NCBI GenBank assembly: GCA_937914865.1
Contig: CALDMD010000103.1
Location: 6,856 to 70,855, forward strand
Direction: 5' to 3'
DNA: 64,000 nucleotides
Source: an uncultured Prevotella sp.
GTDB lineage: Bacteria; Bacteroidota; Bacteroidia; Bacteroidales; Bacteroidaceae
Of this stretch, positions 1 to 8,505 are shown piece after piece; positions within the stretch are counted from its first letter, which is position 1, and each line of letters opens with the position of its first letter. The translations under genes and the position numbers were made by a program. Under the pieces are notes generated by a model, which saw only the letters and a program-made list of their open reading frames with translations, made no database searches and had not been told where the DNA came from.

Positions 1-714
1 TTATTTATTGTTCTTTTTCTGTCCGTAGTATGCGTTAGGCCCGTGCTTTCGGCAGAAATGCTTCTCTATGAGCAGCGGGTTCATGGTAGTCTGTGGGTTG
101 ACACTAAGCGACACGAAAGCCATCTTTGCCACTTGTTCCATCACCACAGCGTTGTATACGGCATTGTCGGGCGATGTGCCCCATGCGAATGGGCCGTGGT
201 TCTTCACCAGTACGCCGGGCGTGTGCATCGGGTTGATGTTGTCGCGCAAGAAACGTCTGACAATCACGTTGCCGGTCTCCAGTTCGTAGTCGCCCTTCAC
301 CTCAGCCTCCGTCATGTCGTCGGTGCACGGGATGTCGTCGTGGAAGTAGTCGGCATGTGTTGTTCCGATGTTTGGAATGTCCTTGCCAGCCTGCGCCCAT
401 GCCGTGGCGTAGGTGGAATGGGTGTGCACGATGCCCTGCACTTCGGGGAATGCGCGGTAGATGGCGAGATGTGTGGGAGTGTCTGACGAGGGGTTGAGAT
501 CGCCCTCTACGACCTTTCCCGTTTTCAGGTCGACCACCACCATGTCGTCTGCCGTCATCTTGTCGTAGGCCACGCCCGATGGTTTGATGACCACGAGTCC
601 GCTCTCACGGTCGATGCCCGACACGTTGCCCCATGTGAATATTACGAGATTGTGTCTCACCAAGTCGAGGTTGGCTTGAAACACAGATTTCTTGAGTTGT
701 GTTATATCTGTCAT
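1..714 (-). CDS. araD: L-ribulose-5-phosphate 4-epimerase
   Basis: 237-aa ORF with its stop at window positions 1-3. Collinear with AraD/class II aldolase proteins ([24 protein letters not shown] segments). Confidence 0.9.
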   Translation of the reverse strand: MTDITQLKKSVFQANLDLVRHNLVIFTWGNVSGIDRESGLVVIKPSGVAYDKMTADDMVVVDLKTGKVVEGDLNPSSDTPTHLAIYRAFPEVQGIVHTHSTYATAWAQAGKDIPNIGTTHADYFHDDIPCTDDMTEAEVKGDYELETGNVIVRRFLRDNINPMHTPGVLVKNHGPFAWGTSPDNAVYNAVVMEQVAKMAFVSLSVNPQTTMNPLLIEKHFCRKHGPNAYYGQKKNNK

Positions 715-726
715 ATCTTGAGTTCT

Positions 727-1911
727 TTATTTGTCAATATTGAAGTCTCCCGTCCAGAATCGGTAAGCCACGTGGCTGTGGTATTTCTCTCCCGGGCGCA
801 GAATTGGCGATGGCCAGTTATGCTTGTTTGGTGAGTCGGGATATTTCTGGCTTTCGAGGCACACTGACGCGTGTTTCGGGTATTTCACGCCGTGCTTGCA
901 ACTGATGCCCGTGCCCTGGAAGTTGGCAGTATATACCTGCACGCCCGGTTCGTTGGTGTACATCGACAGTCCAATCTTCGTCTCAGGCGACCAAAGCACG
1001 GCACACACACGGTTGTCGTTGCCCTTCCCGTCCTTGTAGGTGTTGAGGCACCAGTTGTGGTCATATCCCGTGGCGTTGCTTATCTGGTCGTAGTCGGTTC
1101 TGTCGATAGTCTCGGCTATGGCGTGTGGTCTGCGGAAGTCCATCGGAGTGTTGCCGACGGAGCGTATCTCGCCAGTTGTCATGTAGGTAGAGTCGGCAGG
1201 CGTGAACGAGTCGGCATTGACATAAAGCCACTGGTTGACGCCTTCTTTCGACGGGTCACCGTTGAGGTTGAAATAGCTATGGTTTGTCATGTTTACCACC
1301 GTCGGCTTGTCAGTCGTGGCATCGAAGGAGATGTCGAGGGTGTTGTTTGAAAGCACGCGGTAGGTGGCATGTGCGGTGACAGTGCCGGGGAAGTTGTTGT
1401 CGCCGTCGGGCGACACGATAGTCAGCACGAGCGTTGTGTCGTCGGGCTGCGCTGCGTCGTACACCTGATACTGCCATCCCGACGGACCGCCGTGCAGGCA
1501 GTGGCCGAAATTGTTGCGCGGCAGTTGATAGGTCTTTCCGTCGATAGTTAGCTTTCCGTCGGCGATGCGGTTGGCGTAGCGTCCGACAGTAGAGCCGAAG
1601 TCGCTTGGCGAGTTGACCGAATCGGCGTATTGCCGCAGGTTGTCGTAGCCGAGAACCACGTCGGTCGGTTTGCCGTCGGCATCGGGCACCACGAGCGACA
1701 CCACGCGTCCGCCGAAGTTGGTGATGCACACTTCCATGCCGTTGCTGTTTTTCAGCGTGTAGAGTGCCGTCTTTTTGTTGTTTATTATTGAGTCGAAGCG
1801 TGTCGGGTTGAGTCCAGATATTGTTTCGTTGTCAGCTTTGCCCGTTGTGCATGCCGTGAGGACGATGGCTGCAGCGGCAATGCCTATAGATACTGGTTTA
1901 AGGATGTTCAT
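727..1911 (-). CDS. galM: aldose 1-epimerase (galactose mutarotase), lipoprotein-type signal
   Basis: 394-aa ORF 12 nt upstream of araD. Signal ends in VLTAC. Mutarotase motifs GRYANRI and LHGGPSGW are present. Confidence 0.85.
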   Translation of the reverse strand: MNILKPVSIGIAAAAIVLTACTTGKADNETISGLNPTRFDSIINNKKTALYTLKNSNGMEVCITNFGGRVVSLVVPDADGKPTDVVLGYDNLRQYADSVNSPSDFGSTVGRYANRIADGKLTIDGKTYQLPRNNFGHCLHGGPSGWQYQVYDAAQPDDTTLVLTIVSPDGDNNFPGTVTAHATYRVLSNNTLDISFDATTDKPTVVNMTNHSYFNLNGDPSKEGVNQWLYVNADSFTPADSTYMTTGEIRSVGNTPMDFRRPHAIAETIDRTDYDQISNATGYDHNWCLNTYKDGKGNDNRVCAVLWSPETKIGLSMYTNEPGVQVYTANFQGTGISCKHGVKYPKHASVCLESQKYPDSPNKHNWPSPILRPGEKYHSHVAYRFWTGDFNIDK

Positions 1912-1938
1912 AGTTACATCGTTTTTTGTCGTATGTTT

Positions 1939-3921
1939 TTACAGGCTGTTGACGATGCTGCCTCCCATTGGCTGCATCACGATTTTTAGTTTTCCGTCTT
2001 TCCCGACCTTCGTATTCTTTACCGCTGATTTAGGCCACAGACTCTTCTTGTCGGCAGTCTCATAATAATGTTTCACGTTCTTGCCGGCGAGCATTGGCAG
2101 CGAGATGTTGAGCGAGAGAGGCTTGTCGGTGCCGTTGAGAGCAGCCACGTACCATTGTGAGCCATGTCTGCGAGCAATGACAGCATATTTGCCGGGATAT
2201 CCGTCGATGAATCGCGTCTCGTCCCATGTTGTCGGCACCTGCTTGAGGAAGTCGAGCTCGTGTTCAGGCAGTTCGTTGAGGTTGTTCGGGTAGATGGCGA
2301 TGCATTGTATGCTTGCCTGGTTGACAATGGCGGCAGCCATCTCAAACACGTCTGACGTGTAGCGGCGGTGGCGGCTCTTGTTGTCGCGCGACATGTATCG
2401 GTTCATGATAGTGCCGCCCCAGTCCATTGCCGCCACTGCATTGCGGCAGAACGGGTGCATGGTAAGCTCGAAGCCCTCGCGCTTTGCATGATGCTCCTGG
2501 AAGAACACGTTCTCCGAGGCGAGCACAGCCTCGCTCGACACGTAGTTGGGGAACATGCGTTCCCATCCGCGTGGCAGTGTGCATCCGTGGAATATCACCT
2601 GCAGTCCGTAGTCGTTGGCGTCGCTGAGAATATCCTCGTAGAGTTGCATGACATGCTGCTTGTCGCCTCCGAAGAAGTCCACCTTAATGCCTTTCACGCC
2701 GATAGACTGCATCCAGGCCATCTCGCGCTTGCGTGCAATGGCAGTGTTCATGCAGTTGCGCGGTGTCTGCGGAGCCTCGTTGGCAGTGCCGTTGCTGTTG
2801 TACCACAGCATCAGGCTCACTCCTTTCTGCTGGGCGTAGCGGCTGAGTTCGGCGATGCGCTCTCGTCCAGTCTGCTGGTCCCAGAGTCCGTCGACGAGCA
2901 CATACTCATATCCCATAGCCGCGGCGAGGTCAACCATCTGTCGCTGGTCGTCGTAGTTGGCAGAGTTGTCCTGCCAGATGAGCCAGCTCCATGTGTAGCG
3001 TCCCGGCTTGTAGTCGTATTTCGCCTCGTAGAGCGGGTCTACCACATCGTAGCTGACAGTAGTCTCGACGATAGGCTTCAGCGTCGTTCCGACGGTGATG
3101 GTGCGCCAAGGCGTAGCTCCCGGCAGTGGAAACGCAGCGTTGGAGGCGCCGCGTCCGTCGCACTCGCCCTGCATTGGGAAGGCAATGGAGTAGCCCTTTT
3201 GAGCGTCGTAGTCGCTCAGTCGGCATCCCGGATAGTTGCCGTGTGTACCAGTCTCGCTGACGAGCACCCATCCGTCGTTGCCCACGCGGAATAGGCAAGG
3301 GAAGGTGTAGCCCTGTCCGTATTTCGATTTTGCCGTCATGGGCGCGTCGGCAGTGTACTCCTCCTCATAGCTTGGCTTGGAGCGTTTCCATCCAATCATA
3401 GGGTCGCTTTGCGGTGAAAGGAAAGTGGTGGTTTGTGAGGGGAAAAGAAAAGCAGTCTTTTCCTCGTCAATAATAATGTGTGTATGTTCGGGTACATTGC
3501 CGAACTCGTAGCGGAATGCGATGTCATTGTCCGACACGTTGAACCTGACGGTCATCGTGTGGTGGTCGACATTCTCGTAGACCACGCTCAGTTGGTTGGC
3601 ACGATAAGCCACTTGCGCAGTCTTGGTGGTGCGCATGGAGTAGTCCTTAGCCACTTCTTTCGTGTCGGCAGATTTGAATGTAAGCTGACGGCTGAAGTCG
3701 CCGGTGTTGGCTATGACTCCGAGCTGTGACGGTTTTATCATCTGTCGTCCGTCGTAGGCGACGCTATAATAAAGCAGTCCGTCGCGGTCTTCCACGCTGA
3801 CGGTGAGATGTCCGTCGGGCGATACTATCTTGTTCTCTTTTGCTTGCGAGCCGATGGCTATGGCTGCAAGGATTAGTGATGTGAGTGATGTGCGTAGTGC
3901 AAGGTTCATAAATTTGTGCAT
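1939..3921 (-). CDS. glycoside hydrolase family 97 (alpha-glucosidase/alpha-galactosidase type)
   Basis: 660-aa ORF with a signal peptide. N-terminus VSPDGHLTVSV..YYSVAYDG and a central GIKVDFFGGD block resemble SusB/BtGH97b-like proteins. The size fits the shorter alpha-galactosidase-type GH97. Confidence 0.75.
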   Translation of the reverse strand: MHKFMNLALRTSLTSLILAAIAIGSQAKENKIVSPDGHLTVSVEDRDGLLYYSVAYDGRQMIKPSQLGVIANTGDFSRQLTFKSADTKEVAKDYSMRTTKTAQVAYRANQLSVVYENVDHHTMTVRFNVSDNDIAFRYEFGNVPEHTHIIIDEEKTAFLFPSQTTTFLSPQSDPMIGWKRSKPSYEEEYTADAPMTAKSKYGQGYTFPCLFRVGNDGWVLVSETGTHGNYPGCRLSDYDAQKGYSIAFPMQGECDGRGASNAAFPLPGATPWRTITVGTTLKPIVETTVSYDVVDPLYEAKYDYKPGRYTWSWLIWQDNSANYDDQRQMVDLAAAMGYEYVLVDGLWDQQTGRERIAELSRYAQQKGVSLMLWYNSNGTANEAPQTPRNCMNTAIARKREMAWMQSIGVKGIKVDFFGGDKQHVMQLYEDILSDANDYGLQVIFHGCTLPRGWERMFPNYVSSEAVLASENVFFQEHHAKREGFELTMHPFCRNAVAAMDWGGTIMNRYMSRDNKSRHRRYTSDVFEMAAAIVNQASIQCIAIYPNNLNELPEHELDFLKQVPTTWDETRFIDGYPGKYAVIARRHGSQWYVAALNGTDKPLSLNISLPMLAGKNVKHYYETADKKSLWPKSAVKNTKVGKDGKLKIVMQPMGGSIVNSL

Positions 3922-3940
3922 TTAAGAATAAATTGATGCG

Positions 3941-3948
3941 CAAATTTA
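3941..3948 (-). promoter_or_regulatory. Bacteroidetes -7 box (TAAATTTG) upstream of the GH97 gene
   Basis: Reverse complement reads TAAATTTG about 20 nt upstream of the ATG at 3921. This matches the TAnnTTTG consensus. Confidence 0.45.
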
Positions 3949-4011
3949 TGAACAATAGCACATACGGACGTATCTAAATCAATAAAAAAGGGGTACTAAT
4001 CGTTAAAATCC

Positions 4012-7000
4012 TTATTCTTTCATTTGTTCCACATATTCCTTCACTGTCATACCGAATTCTTTCTTAAAACACTGCGAGAAATAGCGTGGTGTAGAGAAGC
4101 CTACACGGAAGGACAGTTCGTTGATGCGAATGTCGGGTTGCTGCCGCAGGATGCGGCAAGCCTCCTTTAGTCGTATTGAGCTGATGAACGATGTGATGTT
4201 CTGTCCGGTGGTGGCACGTAGCTTGTTGTAGAGCGACGACGAGCTGATGCACATGTCGGCGGCAAGCTGCTCGCGTCCATAGTCGCTGTCGGTGATATGC
4301 TCCATAATTTTGGCAATGACATTCTCCACGAATATTTTCTCCGGACTGCTGTAGTGTTGCTCCTCGATGTCGAAGTCGGTCTGCTGCTGGAACCATTGGC
4401 GTATTCGCTCGCGGTTCTTTATTATGTTTTCGACGCGCAGCCGCAAGTCGTCGAGGTTGAACGGCTTGGTCAGATAGGCATCGGCACCAGCCCGGTAGCC
4501 CTCGTTGCGGTCGTCGCCCTGAGTCTTGGCAGTGAGCATGATGACGGGCAGTTGTGCGTAGTCCTCGCTCTGCTTTATCCAGCGTGTCAGCTCGATGCCG
4601 TCCATCACCGGCATCATCACGTCTGTAACAACGATGTCGAGTGCTGTCTTTTCTATTAAGCGTTGTGCCCGCTCACCGTTGGCAGCCGTATGCACCTTGA
4701 AGTAAGGTGTCAGTAGCGACGACATCAGCTGTAGCAGTTCGCTGTTGTCCTCGACAAGCAATATGGAGTATTCCTTGCTCTCGTTGGTAGCTGCTGGCTG
4801 CATAGGCGCAGAGCTTGTGGCTGGTGTGGATTGTGTGGCAGATGCTGCCGCCTGCGCAGCCTGAACGGATGAGCCTGATGGCTCGACGGTCATGTCTGTT
4901 GTATTCTTCGCTATTTCCTCATCGTTGTAGCTGTTGCGGTCTATAGGCATTGTTATGGTGAACTTAGTTCCCTTGCCCACCTCGCTCTCGCAGTCGATAT
5001 GTCCGTGGTGCAGCTTCACGAGGTCGCGCACCAGCGACAGTCCGATGCCGGTGCCCATGGTGTTCATGCGTCGGTAGTCGCCGTCGAGGAATCTTGAGTA
5101 GAGGTGGCGCATCTTTTCTTTAGATATACCTATTCCCGTGTCGGCAACGATGATAGTGGCTTTATTGCCGTCAATGTCTACATTTATGGTCACACTACCG
5201 CCTTCGTTTGAATATTTCACGGCGTTTGACAGCAGGTTGTAGATTATTTTCTCTATTTTGTCGCTGTCAAACCATGCTGTTGTTCCGAGGCAGTTGATGT
5301 GCTGGTTGAATGTCAGTCGCTTCTGGCTAAAGATAGGCACAATGCTCTCGCATGTCTCTTTGCAGAAGTCGCCGAGCTTTCCCTCGCTCACCTTCAGTTG
5401 CAGTTTGCCTGCCTGTGCCTTTCTCACCTCCAGAATCTGTCGCAGCATACGTGTCAGCCGGTTTATGTTGTTGTGTATGAGCGATGTGCGGTCTTTCAGC
5501 TCTGGATGCTCCCCTTCTATACTGTCAGCCGAAGCCGATATGACGGTGAGCGGAGTGAGCAGTTCGTGTGTGATATTAGTGAACACCACAGCCATCTGCA
5601 GACGGTTCTTCGTGCGCAGTCGGTCGCGGTACCACAGTATTGCGGCATATATGCCACCGATGATTATACATATATATATAAGGTATGCCCAAGGCGACGC
5701 GTACCATGGTGGCAGCACGTGTATGGATATAGAGTAGGGCAGCTCTGTCCAGCGTCCGTAGCTGTCGGATGCCTTCAGATGCAGTTTGTATGTGCCTGAT
5801 GGAATGTTCTCGAACGAAGCCTGTCGCACATCGGCGTCGACGTAGTGCCAGTCGCGGTCGTAGCCTTCGAGGAAATAGGCATACTTACATTTGTCCGTGT
5901 TTATGTAGCTCAGCAGTGCAAACTCCACGGCAAACTTTCCCACCGATGCAGGAATGGTAAGCTTGCGTGCATATTGTGGTGTGGCGTCGCCTAGTCGTTG
6001 CTGCATTGTAGAGTCGAGATCGGCATATCGCTCGCCGTCAATGATGATGCTCGTCACTATCATGTTAGGCAAGGCAAGCTTGTTGTCGTCATTGACCATG
6101 CTTGAGTTCACGCTAATGATGTTGCGGCCAGCCCCGAAATACAGCATGTTGCCCAGGCGGAAGCATGAGCTTGGCATGAAAATCATGTCGCCGAGTCCAT
6201 TCTCCGATGTGAACGTCGTATAGTGTGCCTTGCCTTTCTTGTCGAGCGACAGGCACACGAGAGCGTCGTCGGTGGTGAGCCACAGACGGTGTTGCAGGTC
6301 TTCCTTGATGGAGAATACGCGGTCCAAGTCCCAGTGCAGCTCGTCGTTCATGTTGTCGAAGCTTTGGGTCTTGCTGTTGAGGCGGAACAGTCCGCCGCTA
6401 TTTGATGTCGCCCATACTCGATGTTGTGAGTCCTCAAACACGTAGATAGCGTCGTTCACAACGAAATTGGCGTGTTGTGGGTTGAAATATTCCTTCTTCA
6501 GTGTCGCCGGACGCGTGAAGTCGCCGCTCAGGCGTATTATGCCGCAGTTCTCCGTAGCCACCCAGATATTACCCTTGCTGTCCTCGCTGATGCCGCTCAC
6601 TTCGATGTCTTTGCCGAGGCTGAATGTCAGTCCGCCAGGAGTGATCCAATTGAGGTGGTGGCGTTCGCCTACGAACATTATTCCTCGGCGTGTCCGGCAT
6701 AGTGCCTTCACGAAGTTGTCTTTCACAAACTTGCAGTTTGTTATGTCATACGTGTGTGTATTGCCGTCCTTCCACACCGTTATGCCGTAGCTGTTGTTGG
6801 CAAACCATAGGCTGCCGTCGTTGGCCATTGCTATCGACGACATGTGTGAGTTGATGGCAGAGGTAGGCAATGCGGCCATGCCTGGTATGTCGGTGTTGAA
6901 GAGTGTGCGTCCGGTCTGCGCGTTGTATGTAGCGATGCCCGCCGGTGCGAGTGTAAGCCAGAAGTTGTTGCCGTCGTTGGTGTATATGGAGCGTATACGG

Positions 7001-8112
7001 TTGGCAATGATGTTGGCAGGCAGTATGAGTGTCTTTTTGAACAGCGGTGTCTGTGTGTTGATATGGAAGATGCCGTTGTTGAACGTCTGCGCCCAGATAT
7101 TGCCCTTGCCGTCGGTGCGTATGTCGGTTACGTTTTTCAGTATATAGCTCTTGTCGGTGTCGCCGATGGTGTTGTAGTAAGTGAAGCCCGCTTTCATGTC
7201 TTTCTCGTCGAGCACTCCGATTCCGTAGCGCGAGCACGTCCATATCGTGTGTGTCACCGGGTCGTGTATGACTCGGTAGTTGATGTCGGTGTTCTTGTCG
7301 CCGTTGTTCATGTCGACGAGTCCCGGTTCGCGTTGGCTCATCGGGCGGGTCATGCACTTTATGCCTCCGCCCCAAGTGCTTATCCATAGCCGTCCGTGCG
7401 GGTCGAACATCAGCTCATAGGTTTTCACCGACTGGTCGTTGACGGGCAGGTCGTATTTGTACATAGTGTGCCGGCGTCGGTCGAATCGGTAGAGCGATTT
7501 CGACCATGTGCCGATGAATATGTTGCCGTGCTTATCCTCGGCAAACGACTTGGCTTTGATATCTTCCCATCGTATGCGCTTGCCGTCGGTACCTACAATG
7601 GTGGTGTTCTTCTTGCCGTAGTATGTGAATTGCCGCGTCTTGGGGTCGACGCTCTTCACTCCGTCGTCGGTGCCTATCCACACCGTTCCGTCGCGGGATG
7701 TGAACAGGGCGTAAATCTCGCGGCTGTGCTCGGTCTTCAGGTGATAGGTGTTGAAGTGTCCGCGTCGCTTGTCCATGCACACCAGTCCGTTGCGTGTGCC
7801 TATCCACAGACAGTTGTCATGGTCTTCGGTCATCGACAGCACCGCGTTGTTTGGCAGTATGTTTGGCGTTGTCGCGTCGCTGCGGTAGGATGTGAACCGG
7901 TAGCCGTCGTATGACTTCACGCCGGAGTTGGTGCCCATCCACAGCAGTCCCTGGCTGTCGATGAGCATGCATTTCTGCTCTACCGAAGCCGGCGGCATGA
8001 TGGTGTTGATTAACCGGATATTAGGAACCGCAGCTGTTGCATAGACAGCTGTCATGAGCAAAATGCCGTTAAAAAATATTCGTCTAAATAAATTGATTCT
8101 ATTTGGTTTCAT
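4012..8112 (-). CDS. hybrid two-component system sensor kinase/response regulator with AraC-type HTH (HTCS)
   Basis: 1366 aa. N-terminal signal/TM, then a long periplasmic beta-propeller-like repeat region and a TM. H-box ITHELLTPL, HATPase GTGIGLS, receiver LLVEDN..DVMMPVMDG, and a C-terminal AraC HTH. Divergent from susC. Confidence 0.92.
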   Translation of the reverse strand: MKPNRINLFRRIFFNGILLMTAVYATAAVPNIRLINTIMPPASVEQKCMLIDSQGLLWMGTNSGVKSYDGYRFTSYRSDATTPNILPNNAVLSMTEDHDNCLWIGTRNGLVCMDKRRGHFNTYHLKTEHSREIYALFTSRDGTVWIGTDDGVKSVDPKTRQFTYYGKKNTTIVGTDGKRIRWEDIKAKSFAEDKHGNIFIGTWSKSLYRFDRRRHTMYKYDLPVNDQSVKTYELMFDPHGRLWISTWGGGIKCMTRPMSQREPGLVDMNNGDKNTDINYRVIHDPVTHTIWTCSRYGIGVLDEKDMKAGFTYYNTIGDTDKSYILKNVTDIRTDGKGNIWAQTFNNGIFHINTQTPLFKKTLILPANIIANRIRSIYTNDGNNFWLTLAPAGIATYNAQTGRTLFNTDIPGMAALPTSAINSHMSSIAMANDGSLWFANNSYGITVWKDGNTHTYDITNCKFVKDNFVKALCRTRRGIMFVGERHHLNWITPGGLTFSLGKDIEVSGISEDSKGNIWVATENCGIIRLSGDFTRPATLKKEYFNPQHANFVVNDAIYVFEDSQHRVWATSNSGGLFRLNSKTQSFDNMNDELHWDLDRVFSIKEDLQHRLWLTTDDALVCLSLDKKGKAHYTTFTSENGLGDMIFMPSSCFRLGNMLYFGAGRNIISVNSSMVNDDNKLALPNMIVTSIIIDGERYADLDSTMQQRLGDATPQYARKLTIPASVGKFAVEFALLSYINTDKCKYAYFLEGYDRDWHYVDADVRQASFENIPSGTYKLHLKASDSYGRWTELPYSISIHVLPPWYASPWAYLIYICIIIGGIYAAILWYRDRLRTKNRLQMAVVFTNITHELLTPLTVISASADSIEGEHPELKDRTSLIHNNINRLTRMLRQILEVRKAQAGKLQLKVSEGKLGDFCKETCESIVPIFSQKRLTFNQHINCLGTTAWFDSDKIEKIIYNLLSNAVKYSNEGGSVTINVDIDGNKATIIVADTGIGISKEKMRHLYSRFLDGDYRRMNTMGTGIGLSLVRDLVKLHHGHIDCESEVGKGTKFTITMPIDRNSYNDEEIAKNTTDMTVEPSGSSVQAAQAAASATQSTPATSSAPMQPAATNESKEYSILLVEDNSELLQLMSSLLTPYFKVHTAANGERAQRLIEKTALDIVVTDVMMPVMDGIELTRWIKQSEDYAQLPVIMLTAKTQGDDRNEGYRAGADAYLTKPFNLDDLRLRVENIIKNRERIRQWFQQQTDFDIEEQHYSSPEKIFVENVIAKIMEHITDSDYGREQLAADMCISSSSLYNKLRATTGQNITSFISSIRLKEACRILRQQPDIRINELSFRVGFSTPRYFSQCFKKEFGMTVKEYVEQMKE

Positions 8113-8132
8113 GTTAATTTAGGTTTGCGTTG

Positions 8133-8140
8133 CAAAGTTA
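8133..8140 (-). promoter_or_regulatory. -7 box (TAACTTTG) for the HTCS gene
   Basis: Reverse complement of tgcaaagtta gives TAACTTTGCA, about 21 nt upstream of the ATG at 8112. Confidence 0.45.
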
Positions 8141-8239
8141 ATGAAAAATTGTTTTTTATGAAAATTTTATAAAAACGAGATTATATTGTAATTTATATAA
8201 ATAAGTAGTTGCGCAAATTTATCTTTACATATATTTAGA

Positions 8240-8316
8240 GGGTATGGCATCCCTGCCATACCCACTGAATGGGCAGAACTTTATGGCGGAGTGGGTATGG
8301 CAAGGATGCCATACCC
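8240..8316. promoter_or_regulatory. twin 24-nt hairpin palindromes in the HTCS-susC divergent intergenic region
   Basis: gggtatggca-tccc-tgccataccc (8240-8263) and gggtatggca-agga-tgccataccc (8293-8316). Both have identical 10-bp stems and their starts are 53 bp apart. Confidence 0.6.
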
Positions 8317-8448
8317 TTCTACTATGTGATGTCTGCTTTTTATGTATCTTTATCGTTAATTATGTGCAAAATATATTATTTCATATACTTATGGCGATAC
8401 TTTTACCCCAAATCACGTTGTGTGTACGTACGAATATTAAACGTTTCT

Positions 8449-8456
8449 TAATTTTG
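8449..8456 (+). promoter_or_regulatory. -7 box (TAATTTTG) upstream of susC
   Basis: TAATTTTGCG lies about 50 nt upstream of the susC ATG at 8506. Confidence 0.5.
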
Positions 8457-8505
8457 CGACAGATATCTTAAACGAAGCAAAATAGTAACTAAATACCGAA
8501 TCATC

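Noticed and set aside
8244-8471. ORFs of 75 aa and 60 aa in the HTCS-susC intergenic region.
   Set aside because: They run through the twin hairpin repeats and the AT-rich promoter DNA. Their composition is implausible (Cys/Leu/Phe-rich) and there is no family resemblance. The region is better explained as divergent promoters plus repeats.
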